Origin: Monocercomonoides exilis PA203
Taxonomy: Eukaryota; Protista; Preaxostyla
Assembly: GCA_001643675.2 (NCBI GenBank)
Contig: LSRY02000004.1
Coordinates: forward strand, 1 to 64,000
Direction: 5' to 3'
DNA: 64,000 nt
How positions within the stretch are numbered: the first letter of the stretch is position 1; each line of letters starts with the position of its first letter. This document shows positions 8,832 to 22,100 of this stretch, piece by piece. The notes beneath the pieces were generated by a model. It was given only the letters and a program-made list of their open reading frames with translations, was not told where the DNA came from and did no database searches. Both the position numbers and the translations under genes were made by a program.

Positions 8832-11780
8832 TCCTGTCACACCAAAGTTACAAAGGGGATAACTTCTTATATACAACTCTTGGGGTAGTTGTTGTATTAT
8901 ACGGATAATTTTCTATTAACAACACATTTGGTAGACTAGAAGGGATGCATAGATAGAATTGTTGTCTGACCTCTCTTTGGAAAGAAAAACATAATTTATA
9001 TTTTGACTGTAAAATGACTGAAAAAACATTGAAAAATTCATATCTCCACAAATACTGCAGATATTAACCTGACATTATTTCTATAAACATATCTCTTCTT
9101 TACTAACATATTGCGTATTTTTATTTGAAATGAAAATTCTGAGTTAAATTTATAAAAATTAATTATATCTCATTTTCTATGATAACCTGAGTGAAGAATA
9201 GTCAATTAATGTGAATATTTTGTAATTTTTCATATTTTTTCTGTGTTTTGGAATATCACCGATAATTCATAACTAAAATGTGGGTGAAAGGATTTGGCTC
9301 AATTCCCCTTCTCCATCGAGATACACAATTTTTTGTGTTTCGAAATTCTGACAGATCCTTTAACAAAAAATATTCGTTAAAAAAAAACCAAAAGTCCAAA
9401 TAGATCGAGTTTAAGTTAAATAGTGATATATCATTCATGTGATTATCAATTTCACGTAAAAAAAAAACAGGTCAAAAATGAAAATAAGTGAAAAAATTGA
9501 TAATTCAAAGCGAACAGAAATGATCAGATAAAAAATGATTCATCTTTTCTCCAGAAACAAACTTATAATTTTTATAATAACCATCAATATATCCTGTGAA
9601 ATCAATGTGATATAATTGTGTTATCTTTCAATTTTCCAAAAAAAGATTTTTTTTGGGAAAAATTTCTCTTTGTTTGGTATGTTTTGTCAATGTTTGAATA
9701 AATCCAATTTATCTTTACAACGCTTCCATTATTTCTTGATCTAACGTTGCTCATTGAAATCTATTTGACAGTTCTTGGTCTATAATTTATCAAAGTCATT
9801 TTTTTCCTTCAATATTCTAGAATTAAAATCGTCAATAAGAAGAATAGCAAATTTTTTTGATGTTTTTCTTTTCAACATGTAACAAATGGTCAAAAAGCCA
9901 TACAATATCATCTTCCACATTTTATAAAGAGTTAAATCCATGAAAACAAAATGTTTTGGTCATATATTTTTTTCTTGAAAAATGTGATCAAGTTACATAC
10001 TAAATTTAATCATTAAGTGAAAACAACTTCTCTGTTAATGAGACGATAACGTTTTGCTAATTTGTTGAATATCGGAGTAGTCAAATGCATGTTATTTACA
10101 ACTACATTGAATACAGCCAGTTTGAGTTCTTTTATTTGTGACTTTTTCTTATCATTCATTATTAGCCGATTTTGTTTGAATAATAGACATTTTTATTCCT
10201 CCTCAAATTTCAATCTGGAATATCTGGGTCATGTGAGACAATTATTCAACGCTAAAAATCATGGACATTTCGTTATAACTGCGTGAGAATTTTTTTGATC
10301 AGGAATGTTTGCGTGATGCAAAAATTTCACTGTTGGACAATGAAAATGCGTATTTTGAATATACAATGTATGGTTATTTTTTCATGATTTTTTGGAGGTC
10401 GAACTTTACCTATTCTGGAAAATATTGTATTTAGATAATTTTTATCATATAATGACGCGCAGACCGATTACTACCAGAATTCTCGGGAAATTTCATGAAT
10501 ATTATTGCTCAGGACAACTTAATTGTGCTTTATTTGCTATAAAAAACGGAAAGCAATTTCAACTATTCAAATTTGCTTATGAATGAAATTTTGATCAACT
10601 CGGAAAATAACTTTGACGCTGGTGCTCGGCCATTTCCCAGCCACTTGCTGTCATGCAGACTTTTCTGGATTCGATTAACGTATATACAAATAAAGTGTTC
10701 TTTATTTGGATTGAGGCTGCTGATTGTATAGTTATCTTTCGAAAAATGATGCAAAGTGTACTCTTCTGGAGGCGCGTAGACATCTAAGCTGAATGACATA
10801 TGAACAAAGAAAACTGCTAAAAAAGAAGTCTTTTGTATGTACAATCGTTTCTTCGTAAATTCTTCACAAATTTAGCCTCTTCCTGTTATCAATCGACATA
10901 TCTGTACATTCATACTCATCTAAAATTATCTTCTTAATTCCAATACATTTGCAACCTGCAATGAGAATTATTCTTCATTCTCCCGGGGAATTTTAAATCT
11001 GAAATGGAAGTGTTGCAAAAAAAAAACGAAGGAAAATGAAGAGAAATGAAAACGAAGAATTAAAAACGAAGATATTTGAGGAATTGCAACTTTTTTGCAC
11101 AAGAAGCTTTCATATGTTCTGCAATTTCTGAACTTGAATAAAGGAAGAAAAAAGGAAATGGACAGAAAGTACTACAAGCGCAACTTTAAAGAAGTTCGAC
11201 AATTCATTCAACTACAGCATTGGTAGAAAGGCCTGTTGCTGTTTGACGGAGAAAATGAGTCATCGGCAATTTTTACGTTCATAAGAAAGCTTTTTCATGA
11301 ATGTTAGACAGCTTTGAAAAAAGAAGTGAATAGTTTCTCATATGAAACTTCTCCAGGCTTGTGCGTTTTGATATTTGCTTGTGAATAATCATTTTATACA
11401 GCTGTCACTTTAAGATGTTTTGAATTTTCACGCTACACATGTTTTTGATAACAAAAAATTTCATTTTTTTAATTATGGAGTAAAAATAATCATTTTTATC
11501 AGAATTTCTTTAATACATTGATTTTGTTTTCACATAAAATGAGTCGCTATTGAAAATACACTTTTTTTTGAAGAAAATTTCAACGTAATTTCCAACAATC
11601 TTCAAAAGAATTATTGAATTTACGTCAAGCTTTTTACAATATTTGATCAAATTTAAAAAGAAAATCGACATGTTTTCGCAAATGACGCATAATCATATCA
11701 ATCAGATAATTTGACAGCACATCTTTCGATATGTTTTGCTCAAAATTGAAATTTTATTCACTTTTCAAACATTAAGTCAA

Positions 11781-14700
11781 TTAATCCTTTGTATCCAAAA
11801 CGAACCGAACAGTTCCCTGTTTTTTTTGTGATTTACTTTGATTTGTCGTATCGAAGGATTGCTGCATGAAATTAGATTGCAAAGAAGATGTTGTTTGATC
11901 CAATGATAACGATGCATCTCCACTTTTCAAATCTTCGGAATGGTCATATTCTTTGTTATGTTTTTGACTCGAAGTTTTTAAGGGAATCGCCTGGTCATCT
12001 TGTTGGTCCTCACAAAATGAAGCATATTCTTTGTTCCACTCAGCTTCATCAATACCAGACACCGCTAATAAATGCATTTTCTCATCCATTCTGAACTTCA
12101 AATCCATTTCAAGCATGTCAATGCGTTTCCTCATTCTGCTTCTTTTTCTATTGATTCCTTGTTCAGTCTCTGTAATTTTGTTAAAAGTTCTTTTTTTTCT
12201 TTCTCCAGATGCGCAATAGACACATGCAAATCTTCAATAAGCCTATTTGACTCAGCACCAAAAGTTTCGTTTCTGAACTTTTGTTTCTCGCTATGCTCAA
12301 GTTCCCATGCTCGTTCTCCTCTTTCTTCTTTCTTCTTTGTCCATTCATCCAATTCTGTGATTTCTGCACTCAATTCGCTCATCATTTTTCTCAGTTCATT
12401 GTTCTCTTTTTCCATTTGTTCTGCTCTTAATTCGCATTCTTTCTTTTCTGAAAGTGCTGATTCAAACTGCTCCAAAACACTGTCCAGCTGATTTTCAAGT
12501 TTGTTTATTGAAAGCAATTTTTTTTCCATATCATCCTTAAGTGAAGCTATTTCGTTTTTGAATTGCTTTTCTCTTTCTAAATAATCCTTTTGCTTTGCAT
12601 TCCATTTCAATCGTTCGTGTTCTGCTTTTTGTTCCTTATCTTTGCATAATGCTAATTTCTTCTTGTTATTATCAATTTCTGCCCAAAGATGAGCTTCCCG
12701 ATTTAAATATCCTGATTCATTCTCTTTTGCCATATCTAATGAACTCTGCATCTCCACAATCAAAAGGCAATATTGGTCTATTTCATCTTTCAACTGTTTG
12801 TGTTGCATCTTCAACTTCTCATAGTCCTTCAAAAGTGCTGCGTGGCGTTGATCAGAGAAACTCTGTGTTCTTTCCTCTGCATTGACTTCTTGAGGCAACA
12901 TATTATTTTTAAACTCTGCCTGGGCACAATCACTTTCTTGAACTTTTGATGTTCGAAAAGATGGTAAAGGAGATGGTGAAGGCGTTGACAGAAAAGAAGA
13001 TGATGTGCTTTTATTGTGTTGTTGATGTGCTTGCAATGAGTTAGAAGGAGAATGAAATGGTTGGCTAACTGGCAAGTGATGAAGAGAAGATAATCCGTCA
13101 GGAGTTAAAAGTTGCTGAGCAGAAGAAAGAAAAAGAGGATGGAAGTGTTGGTGTCACTTCAGCAATTGTAATGCCAGGTGATTGTGCGCCTAAAGGCGAC
13201 ATTGAATGAAGGGGTGTGGTTGGCGTGTGTGGCGATGTAGATGGCTTCCCGGAAGTTGAAAGATGACCTGATGAAGGAGTTTGAGAATCGAAATGGAAGT
13301 TCGTTGAAAAAGAAGTCTGAGAAGAAGAAAGAGGTTGAGGCTTCATTAACGATGATGCATTTGATGGAGTATTTAAACACGAATGAGGCGAAACAGAAGT
13401 TAAAGGAATTGAATTAGCTGAATCTCTGATTGAAGATGGTGAACAAGAGTTGGCATTGAATTTTTCAATCAAAAACTCGACAACATCAGGTAATGAAGCA
13501 TTTTCGCGAGAAATGCCAATTTGTGCAATTTTGGACCAGGCTGTTTCAACTTCATGAAGAGCGCTTTCTTCTTTCGTAATTTTGTGAGAAGCTTTTTCGC
13601 ATTTGTTTGTAATCTGCTTTTCTTTGCATTCATGTTCATCTATTGCATTGCCATTTGTTCCTTTTAATCCCTGTTTCAATTCAAACATTTCTTTTTCAAT
13701 TGCTTCTCTGCGTTCGACTTCCCTTTCCAATTCGTCTTCAACGGATCTTAATTGCTCTGTGCTTTCTGATAAAGCCGAATTACAGAGTGTAACAAGTTCC
13801 GTTAAAGCGTCGTTATCAAACTGCAGTGTTGCTATGCGCGAGATAATATCTTCACGTTCTAAATTCTGAATAAAATTGGCTGTGTGAGATTCAAATGCGT
13901 CAGAGTTAAAATGAAAATTTGATAAAAGTGGTGAAACTTCTTCGTTTTGATGATGTAACTTTTTGGTATTTTCAGAATCAGTAGCGGCTTGATCTAATGC
14001 TAAAGACAAAGGAAAAGATTCTTGTAATTTCATATGGTCTGTTGATGTTGCAGGGGTGACGAAAATTTCTCCTTTTCCTATATCTTTATCAGTTATATTC
14101 GTATTCCAAATAATGGTAGAGTTATTTTGTCGATATTTTGATTGATTGTTATTCTGATTTAATTCTTCCTTTGAAAAACTCAACCCCTTTTCCATCTGAT
14201 GATTTTTAAATACATCTGAATTGCTCAAATTCTTGTTAAAAATACTGTCATTCATTTGCATGAACTTGGCATATTTATCTCTTTCTAAAATGCATTGTTG
14301 CAGTCTTTGCTCAGCATTTTCCAATTCGCTTCGCATTTGAATTGTCACTCCAACAATGTCATTTATTGCAGCCTCTTTCTCATCGTTCTTTTCTTGCTTC
14401 CATCGAAAAATTGCTTCATACAAATTCGGGATGGTCGTTTCATCGCGAGAATCATTACATTCGCAATCAAAAAGAAGATTTTTAATGAGCATTTCTTCTT
14501 TTAAACGAGTTTCTTTCTCCTTTTCAAGAGTTTGGATTTTCATTTCTTTTTCTTCAAGTTCTTGCAAATGTCTATTACAAGTGAAATTCAATTTTCTTTC
14601 ACTTTCAGCTTTTGACACTTCAAGTTCATGGAGAGTGTTGTTCAATTTTTGAGACAATTCATTTGTCTGAGTTCGAAGGGAAACTTTTTCTTGTTCATCT

Positions 14701-15032
14701 TCATTTTTCTCTTGTTCAAAAAGCTTTAATGAACTCTTCAAGCTTTCGTTTTCTTCCTGGAGCATTTGGATTGCATTTAGCATTTGTTTCTCATTAGTAT
14801 TCATTTCAAAAATAATACTTTCTTTTTCACGATTAAGTTTTTCTAATGCGTGCTGAAGTGTTTCAATGGTACCGCCATCACTATTTTTGCGTTCTTTTTG
14901 AACCTTTGAAAGCTTATTTGAAAGTGCAATAGATAATTTTTCATAATACACTTTTTCTGAAGTCATATCTCTCAAATCCTCCTGAAGCAGTTCAATTTGT
15001 TGATGAACATATAATTCACTATTTTCCATCAA
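11781..15032 (-). CDS. Long coiled-coil hypothetical protein, split into three ORFs by two apparent frameshifts (~13130 and ~12133)
   Basis: ORFs 13098-15032, 12131-13075 and 11781-12134 have continuous E/K/Q-rich heptad character and no intron-like gap. Adding one A to GCAGAATGAGG restores EKEAE-MRKRIDML. Confidence 0.7.
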
Positions 15033-15262
15033 TCCAAACTTCGATTTAAATCGAAATCCAACAAAAACGCACAGAAAAAAGAAATAATTTTTTAAACATT
15101 GATCTTCCCACTCTAAAAATGAAATATATCCACAAAAATTTATGTGAAAATTAAAAGTAGAATATGTAGATTATAAAATAAGAAAATAATGAGAAATTAA
15201 AATTCAGCCAAATGTTAAATGAAATACACAATTCCCTTCGAATAATCCACCTTTTGAAAAAA

Positions 15263-16971
15263 CTAATTTAAAATTCCAAAACGATTAATTTGAATAATAC
15301 GATAAGCTTCCATTTGTTCTTCAATCTCAGATGGCAAAACAACGTATCTGCATCCTTTCTCATCGGAGGATATCTTGAATACCTTTTGACCATTTTTATC
15401 TGTTCCTTGTTCGGTTGCTTTCCAACCTTCTGGGCATTCGATTTTGTATTTTTTCTTTCCATTATCGATTCTCATCACAACTGTAATTACTCCATTTACA
15501 TTTTTTGAACCATCATTAAAAGTGAATTTATGCTTGTATTCAATTTCTTTATTTAACGGCGAATCATCGATATTCATAAAGGGAAAAAGTGGAGTATGCA
15601 TTAACGATGAAGATAATTCTCCAATAAGTGGATCGTCAACAGGCATTGATGAATCCGCCATCATATCATTCTGAAAAAAAGATGAAGTTAACAATGAAAA
15701 AATTGATTCCTCAGGAGCAGCTATAGAAGATAAAGGATGATGGAATCGTTGAGAACGCTGTGCTAATAACGATTGAAATATATCTGTTAAATCATTAGCA
15801 GACGAAGAAGAAGAAAGCAAAGGATTATATAACGATGAAGACAAAAATGAAGAGGAAGAAAATTGTGAATGATCATCATTTATGCCTAATTCAGATGATC
15901 TGCTTAACGTTTCAGATAATGAAACATATTTGTGTGTTCGTGCATCAGGGTCGATTGAAAGCTCAAGTTGAGCAAGTTTGCTGGCAAGAATCCCATACTC
16001 CTCATCGTAATAATTATCCTCACTTTCCAATTCATATTGTCTAACTTTTTGATAAACTTGCTCGATTCCTTCTTTTGCTTTTTTTGAATAATTTTGAACA
16101 CTGCCCTGACAATGTTCACTAGAATTACATGAAGCCACTGATCCAAAGACTTGAGTCTCTTGTGAAGTTGGTTCTCCATTCAATCTTTGATCTATTTTTT
16201 CATCAAATTTATCTAATATTGAATTGCCAGAATCGTTAAAATCAGATGAAAAATGTGAACATAAACCTGAAACAGATTCTGATAGTAATCCGCTTTTTGA
16301 TCCCTTTTCAACGCAAATATTCTGAGATAATATGTTCTTATTGCTATTTGATTGATTATTGAATGAAGAATTAAAAATTTCATCAATGTTATGCTGAGAA
16401 TTTGAAATCAGCGAATTAATTTCTTTATTAAACTCTTTGTTCCTTTTAGATAATTCTGTTGAAATCCATTTATCGCTGCATTTTTCAAATATCACTTTTG
16501 TATTCAATTCATCCATCAATTGAAGAACTCCATCGTATCCAATCTTATTATAAATTCTCTGCTCAATTGTTGATGTTTCCTCACCATTTGAATATGATCT
16601 GTAGTATTTTTCATCGTCATTAGGCTCATCAAGCTCTTGAATACTTAAAAAAGAACGTCGTAACTCAGCTGCTTCGAATGGATGTAATTTAGATAACACT
16701 GTTTCTTGTTCCTGGATAAATGCTTCATCACTATCATTTTTCGTTTGTTCTTTTACCAATTTATTGGATTCGGATGAAAATGCTGTATTTGCCTTATCGC
16801 TTATCTCCTTTTTTTCATCATCATTTCCGATTTTCTCTCTTGAAATCAAATATAAAACGAAAAACATTTTAATTCATTATTAATTTATTTTTATTCAAAA
16901 TTAAAAATATCAACAATTATTTTTTATCAAACTGTTCGAGCATTTCTGGAATCCACAAAAAAATAATGCAT
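15263..16971 (-). CDS. Hypothetical Ser/Asn/acidic-rich protein (probable short first exon, intron ~16839-16932)
   Basis: 534-codon ORF whose first codons are T-rich and intron-like, ending in ttcaag. A GTTTGA donor lies near 16932. No family recognised; start uncertain. Confidence 0.6.
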
Positions 16972-18120
16972 AAGGATCAAATGATTATATCAATTTTTAT
17001 CCTTCCTCAGAAAAATGGACTGACACATCAATCTTCACAAAACGCAAAACGAATACGAATTCATTTCATAAACATTAATTGTATTTCAGAAATTACAATT
17101 TATAAAGCAAGATCAAAAATGAATTTTTCATGATGATGTTTAAATTCCGTCATTTAATGTTACATGACTGTGAATTTTACATAAAAGTTGGATTTGTAAG
17201 TCACTTGATTGTCATTAATGAGAGATCATATTATAAGTGTGTTTATAATTTGAATATTAAACCAGAAACAGTCGACTTTTTGAAAGTCTTCAAAATCTTT
17301 CTTGAAGCGTTCCTAAATCTGGTAATATTAATATATGTGATTGGGCACGGATTGAACTGAAAGTTATTCAAATCTGAATCTATTCAATTACTCACATTAT
17401 TTTCAATTTTTTTTAAATTAGTTATTCAAAGATTATTTGATTAATGTGTTTTTAAATTCTGTTTTATAATTAATGTTTTCAGAAGCTGAATTTTTGAAAA
17501 CAAAAATTTCAGTTTTGTCAAATCTGAAATTACCGAAATGTTATTGTTTTGATTATTGTTATCGTTCATATTTTTCTTTTTGGTTTTATCATCATTATTC
17601 AACCACATTCTGTATTTTTTTTTAATATTTTTTAAAATAAATTGTTTGAGATATGGAAAATTAATTGTTTTTAATTGAAACGAAAATTAAATATTTTCAA
17701 GAATTTGGAAAGAATCAACAAAAAGTGTAATATTTTCTAAAAAGTATTTGAAATTCTCTTTCGTTTGAAATGGATTAAAAGTATTTTACATGAAGGAGTG
17801 TTTTGAAAATGGATTATATTCAATTATCAAGGTAAAACATATTGTATTTATCGCTATGACATATTCTTGGAAGCCAATTAAAAATTTTAATTTATTTTGA
17901 TTTTAATTCCTTTTTTGTCGATTTAAGTTTTGATAAGCAACATAAATTTGAAATGACCTGAGGAAAGACTCAAAAAACAGTCTTCATTTATGATTTCATT
18001 AAGTTAATTTCATCTGCATAATTACAAATTTGATATTTTTCAAAGAATAGCAAATAATAGCTTTTGAGCAATTTTATATAATCAAAAAATAAGAGTTTAG
18101 ATCAAATCGCAAATCATAAG

Positions 18121-18906
18121 ATGGCATCACTCGTTACACAGACGGCAAAAGAGGGAGATTGGTAGGGTTTCATCATATGATAAATATTGTTGTTGTATAT
18201 TTGCATTTTTCTTTTTTGGAAGGGTCTGCTCGAGATGTTCTGCAATTAATTATTCAACAAGGTTAGAAGTAAATTATACAGTTGGTCGTAAGATCTATTA
18301 AATTTTTAATTAACACAGAGTTGTATGTTATAAATGCTATACTCCAAGATTGATAAAGCCTGTTTTATCGTTTGGTCATCAAGGTTTTTGTTTTTTGTAT
18401 ATTTCTTTCTAAAGTTGTTTGAATATTTTCATTTCATTTTTAAATATAAACGCGGATTATTAGATTGGACATGTCCAGGTATGAGTCTCCAATTTTTCCG
18501 ATTCTTGCTTTGTTAAAAACATGTAAAACGTTAATATTTTGAAATCACAAAATAATTGTTGATAGTTTGCAAATATTTAAATTATGCTACAAGAACGGTC
18601 TGTAAGCAATGTCAAACCTTAAGAAGAGAAAATTTTGATACATTCGCAACACCCCAATTCGGAGGATTTATGAGAGGAGTCAGAGGAGGATTTAGGGGAC
18701 GATTAAGAGGCGATTTCAGAGGAGGAGTAAATAGTGGATATGTTAGAGGGGGATTTACGACTAGAGGAGGTAGAGGCGGTTTTTCCAGTGGGACAGCAAC
18801 ATTTTTTAATGAAATGAGAGAAGGTGACTGGATTTGTCCAATTTGCAAAGGACACAATTATAATAAAAGATCAGATTGCTTCAGATGTCATACCGCAAAA
18901 CCTTAA
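18121..18906 (+). CDS. RanBP2-type zinc-finger (x3) RGG-box RNA-binding protein, 5 exons
   Basis: Exons 18121-18161, 18223-18261, 18319-18383, 18464-18478 and 18566-18906, all with GT-AG introns, give EGDWVCSRCSAINYSTRVVCYKC, DWTCPVCKYLNYATRTVCKQC, RGG repeats and EGDWICPICKGHNYNKRSDCFRC (W-x-C-x2-C-x3-N-x6-C-x2-C). Confidence 0.9.
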
Positions 18907-19187
18907 AATTAAATTTATCTCATTTAAGTGATTTTATGGATTATTGAAATATCATTTATTTCTATTTATTTATTCCTTTTCACTTTTAAGGGAAAAAATT
19001 TCATGAAACGAACAATTATCTGAATCAAAAATCAAGCTTTTCATTTTTACTTGATTTAAAGAAACCTTAATTCTATTCCAATGAAAAGCAAAGGTTAATA
19101 TTTTGATTTGAAGTTGACATTGTATTTGAAAAGAAATTTTTGGATACCCATTATAAATTTTATTATATAAAGTGTTGCTGGTTAATT

Positions 19188-22100
19188 ATGAATTTTATTT
19201 TAAAACAAGTTATCTTCGTAGTTTTATTCTTTGGCATATGCTTTAAAAGTGAAAATATATGCAGGAAAAACGAATATGTTAATCAAGAATCTTCTTCAAA
19301 CATTTTTCATTCCAGTTTAAATAATTTTCCACAAACGTGCTTTAAGCCGATAAGTTTTGCTTCACATTATTTGCAAAATTATATCTATAAGACAGAGCTC
19401 CATAGCGCTTCAGTTTTTGTTTGCAATGCGTCATTAATCTTGGTTTCGATGAAATTAGTCTATCTTTCCGAGCAAACTTCGCTGAATGTTGATTTAAGAT
19501 CACATCTGAAAATTATACATTGTCATATGCATTTCGGTACAAAACAGTTTAGCATAGATTTACGCGATGGATTTTTATATTGCAATAATATTTCTGTATC
19601 ATGTTATTCATCAAGTAAATTCATGTTTCCGATTGTTTCCAGTCCAGAAGTCATTTCTCCAACTCAACCAACTTGCTCAATTACTCTTTGTTCGTCAATG
19701 TTTTCCTCTTTAATTTTGAAAGGAGGTCCATTACTTTCGTCTTCAACTGTTTCATCTGTAGAATTATTTCAAACAATCTTCATCAATTTTACAAATACAA
19801 ATTTTCGTTCAGAAAAGCAACCACTTTGTTTTTGCAATTCTTTGATTTCGAGTTGTTCTTTTGTTTCCACTCAAAACGTTTTCTATGGCGGAATTGTTCG
19901 ATCAATTAATAATGATTTGTCTTCATTAATTTCTTTCAACAATTCATATTCCAATTGCAGTAGGACTTTGCAGCTCGATCAAAATTTGATGACTCGAAAA
20001 ATTAATCCGACTTCTCAAACTTTTGATCACGATTTGTGGAACGAGACGTTTGCAGAAGGACAACAATCGAATTGGAGCACTGTTGATTCCAATGGAGGAG
20101 CAATTTCGCTTTACGCTCAAAAGAATACAGAAATTACTGTAACAAACTGCAATTTTTTGAAATGTGGAGCAAAATCAAGCGGAGGTGCGCTGTTTTGTTC
20201 TGATGGGAAACAATTTATCGTTGAAAATTCAACATTTGACAGTTGCTTTGCTCAAACAGTGTATGGAGGTGCAGTTTTTATGCATACTTTTAATCATTGC
20301 GCAAGAGTAAGTGGTTGTTCTTTTAGAAATTGCAGTTCTTATGGATACGGTGGTTCACTGTATTTGTATTTATCTGATCTTGCAATGCTTGAATGTATTC
20401 CATTTATTTTTGAAGATAAAAAATCAAATGTGTATGATTGTACATTCCATCGCAGTTCTGTATCTACTACACATGGTGGTGCACTTTGTATTCCATGTGG
20501 AGTTCATCTTTGCTTAATTTGCAGCATCCGGTTTACTAATTGCTCCGCCAACTCTCATGGGGGTGGATTAAGGTATCGATACGATCAAAATAGTGGCAAC
20601 AATGTTAAAGTTGGATTTTTTCTTTTTTTTCACAATTGTCAATGCTTAACGTCAAATGTTGATTCAGGAGGACACGATGTATGGTTTGATTGCCAATTTC
20701 AAAAGCAAAGTGAATCTCCTCTTGTTTCATCTTTTTCTACAAATGTCAATAATCAAAGAATCTGCTATGGAGATCCAGTTTTATCTTTTCCAATGGATTG
20801 GGTAAATAATGGAACTGTTGCAAGGTTTATTTCTCACGACGGAACGAATGAACCATTGAATTGTGGATTAACAAAGGAAAGGCCATGCTTAACTATTGAG
20901 TATGCACTTTTATCATTAAGTGACGATATTTCTTGGAAGATCGTTCTCACTTCTGATATATCTCCATTGTCGCAAATATTTATTGGAAATAGAAATATTA
21001 TTGTTGATCAAGAACCTGGCAATTCCTTTTCGATTAACTCTGCATCGCTTTCTTCACAAATTTCTTTATTTGACATTTTTTCTGGTTCTTTGACAATTCT
21101 ATCACTTTTCATTATTCATGATAATTTGGAAACTCCGTCTCCTTCTTTATTTACGATGAATTCGTTTGATTCAAATCTTTGTTTGGAAGGTGTAACAATA
21201 ATGACTGAGAATAATTCTCATTCTTCTTTTTCCTCGCCTTTGTTTAATATCTTCTTGAGTAAAGTTTCCTTTATATCAGTAACAATTAAACACTTCACCC
21301 TTTCATGCAGTTTATTCAACGAAATGCAATCTTCTCAAGTTATTGCTCAGACAGTTAGCAACATTACTTTTCAAAATATCACTTGCAAAAATGGAAATGG
21401 TTGCTTATATTCAAAAAATGTGATATCTCGAGAACATCTTGAAGTTTTAAATATAACTGCTGAAGAATGCAGTTGCTTAGATGGAGATGGAGGTTGCTTT
21501 TTCTTGTTAATTTCAGAAAATGGAAGACTAACAATTGGGTCAGCGCTGTGCTTATTTAATTCTTGCACAGTTTCTACTGATGATGAGAAGATGAGGAAAG
21601 GTGGTGCTATCTATCTTCGTCTGAGAGAAGGAGCTAGAGACTTCCAGCTCAAATCAGTTCAGTTTTCTGAGTGCAACGGCTGGAAAGGGAAGAATGTTTT
21701 TATTGAAAGTGCAGAACTGCTCAGAACAGCAAACACAAACACAATTGGTTTTCATCCAGTGATTGGGATTGGCATCACAGATTTTGATGAGCTGAGCGGG
21801 GTGGAAAATGGGGATCAATCATTTATTTTCCCGCTTGCTCTGTTTCTGAGGAACTTCACTTCTCCCGCTTATGTGTCTGGACAGAGCACTGATAACGACT
21901 ATCGTCTTTGCGGATACAGCGACTATCCGTGTCAGAGTGTAGAAGGCGCTTCAGCTGCGCGATTTGCAAACACAAAGAGAAATATTCGCTTTCTGCCTTC
22001 CTTCTCCTTCCGAACAGAAACACTCCTCAACAGTCAATCGTATGGATTTGATGCTGAAGAAGACAGCATGTCCATCAATGTTGGCTCCTCGCAAGCGAAA

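Noticed and set aside
8821-8870. Group I intron at LSU position 2449 as the cause of the 28S break
   Set aside because: Such introns insert within GGGAT^AAC, which is intact here. No group I core and no upstream 28S exon are visible.
8433-8908. ORFs MQETCPGD... and MNNPTLGEFCFAMIGRADIE...
   Set aside because: Antisense translations of conserved 28S rRNA, a well-known source of spurious proteins.
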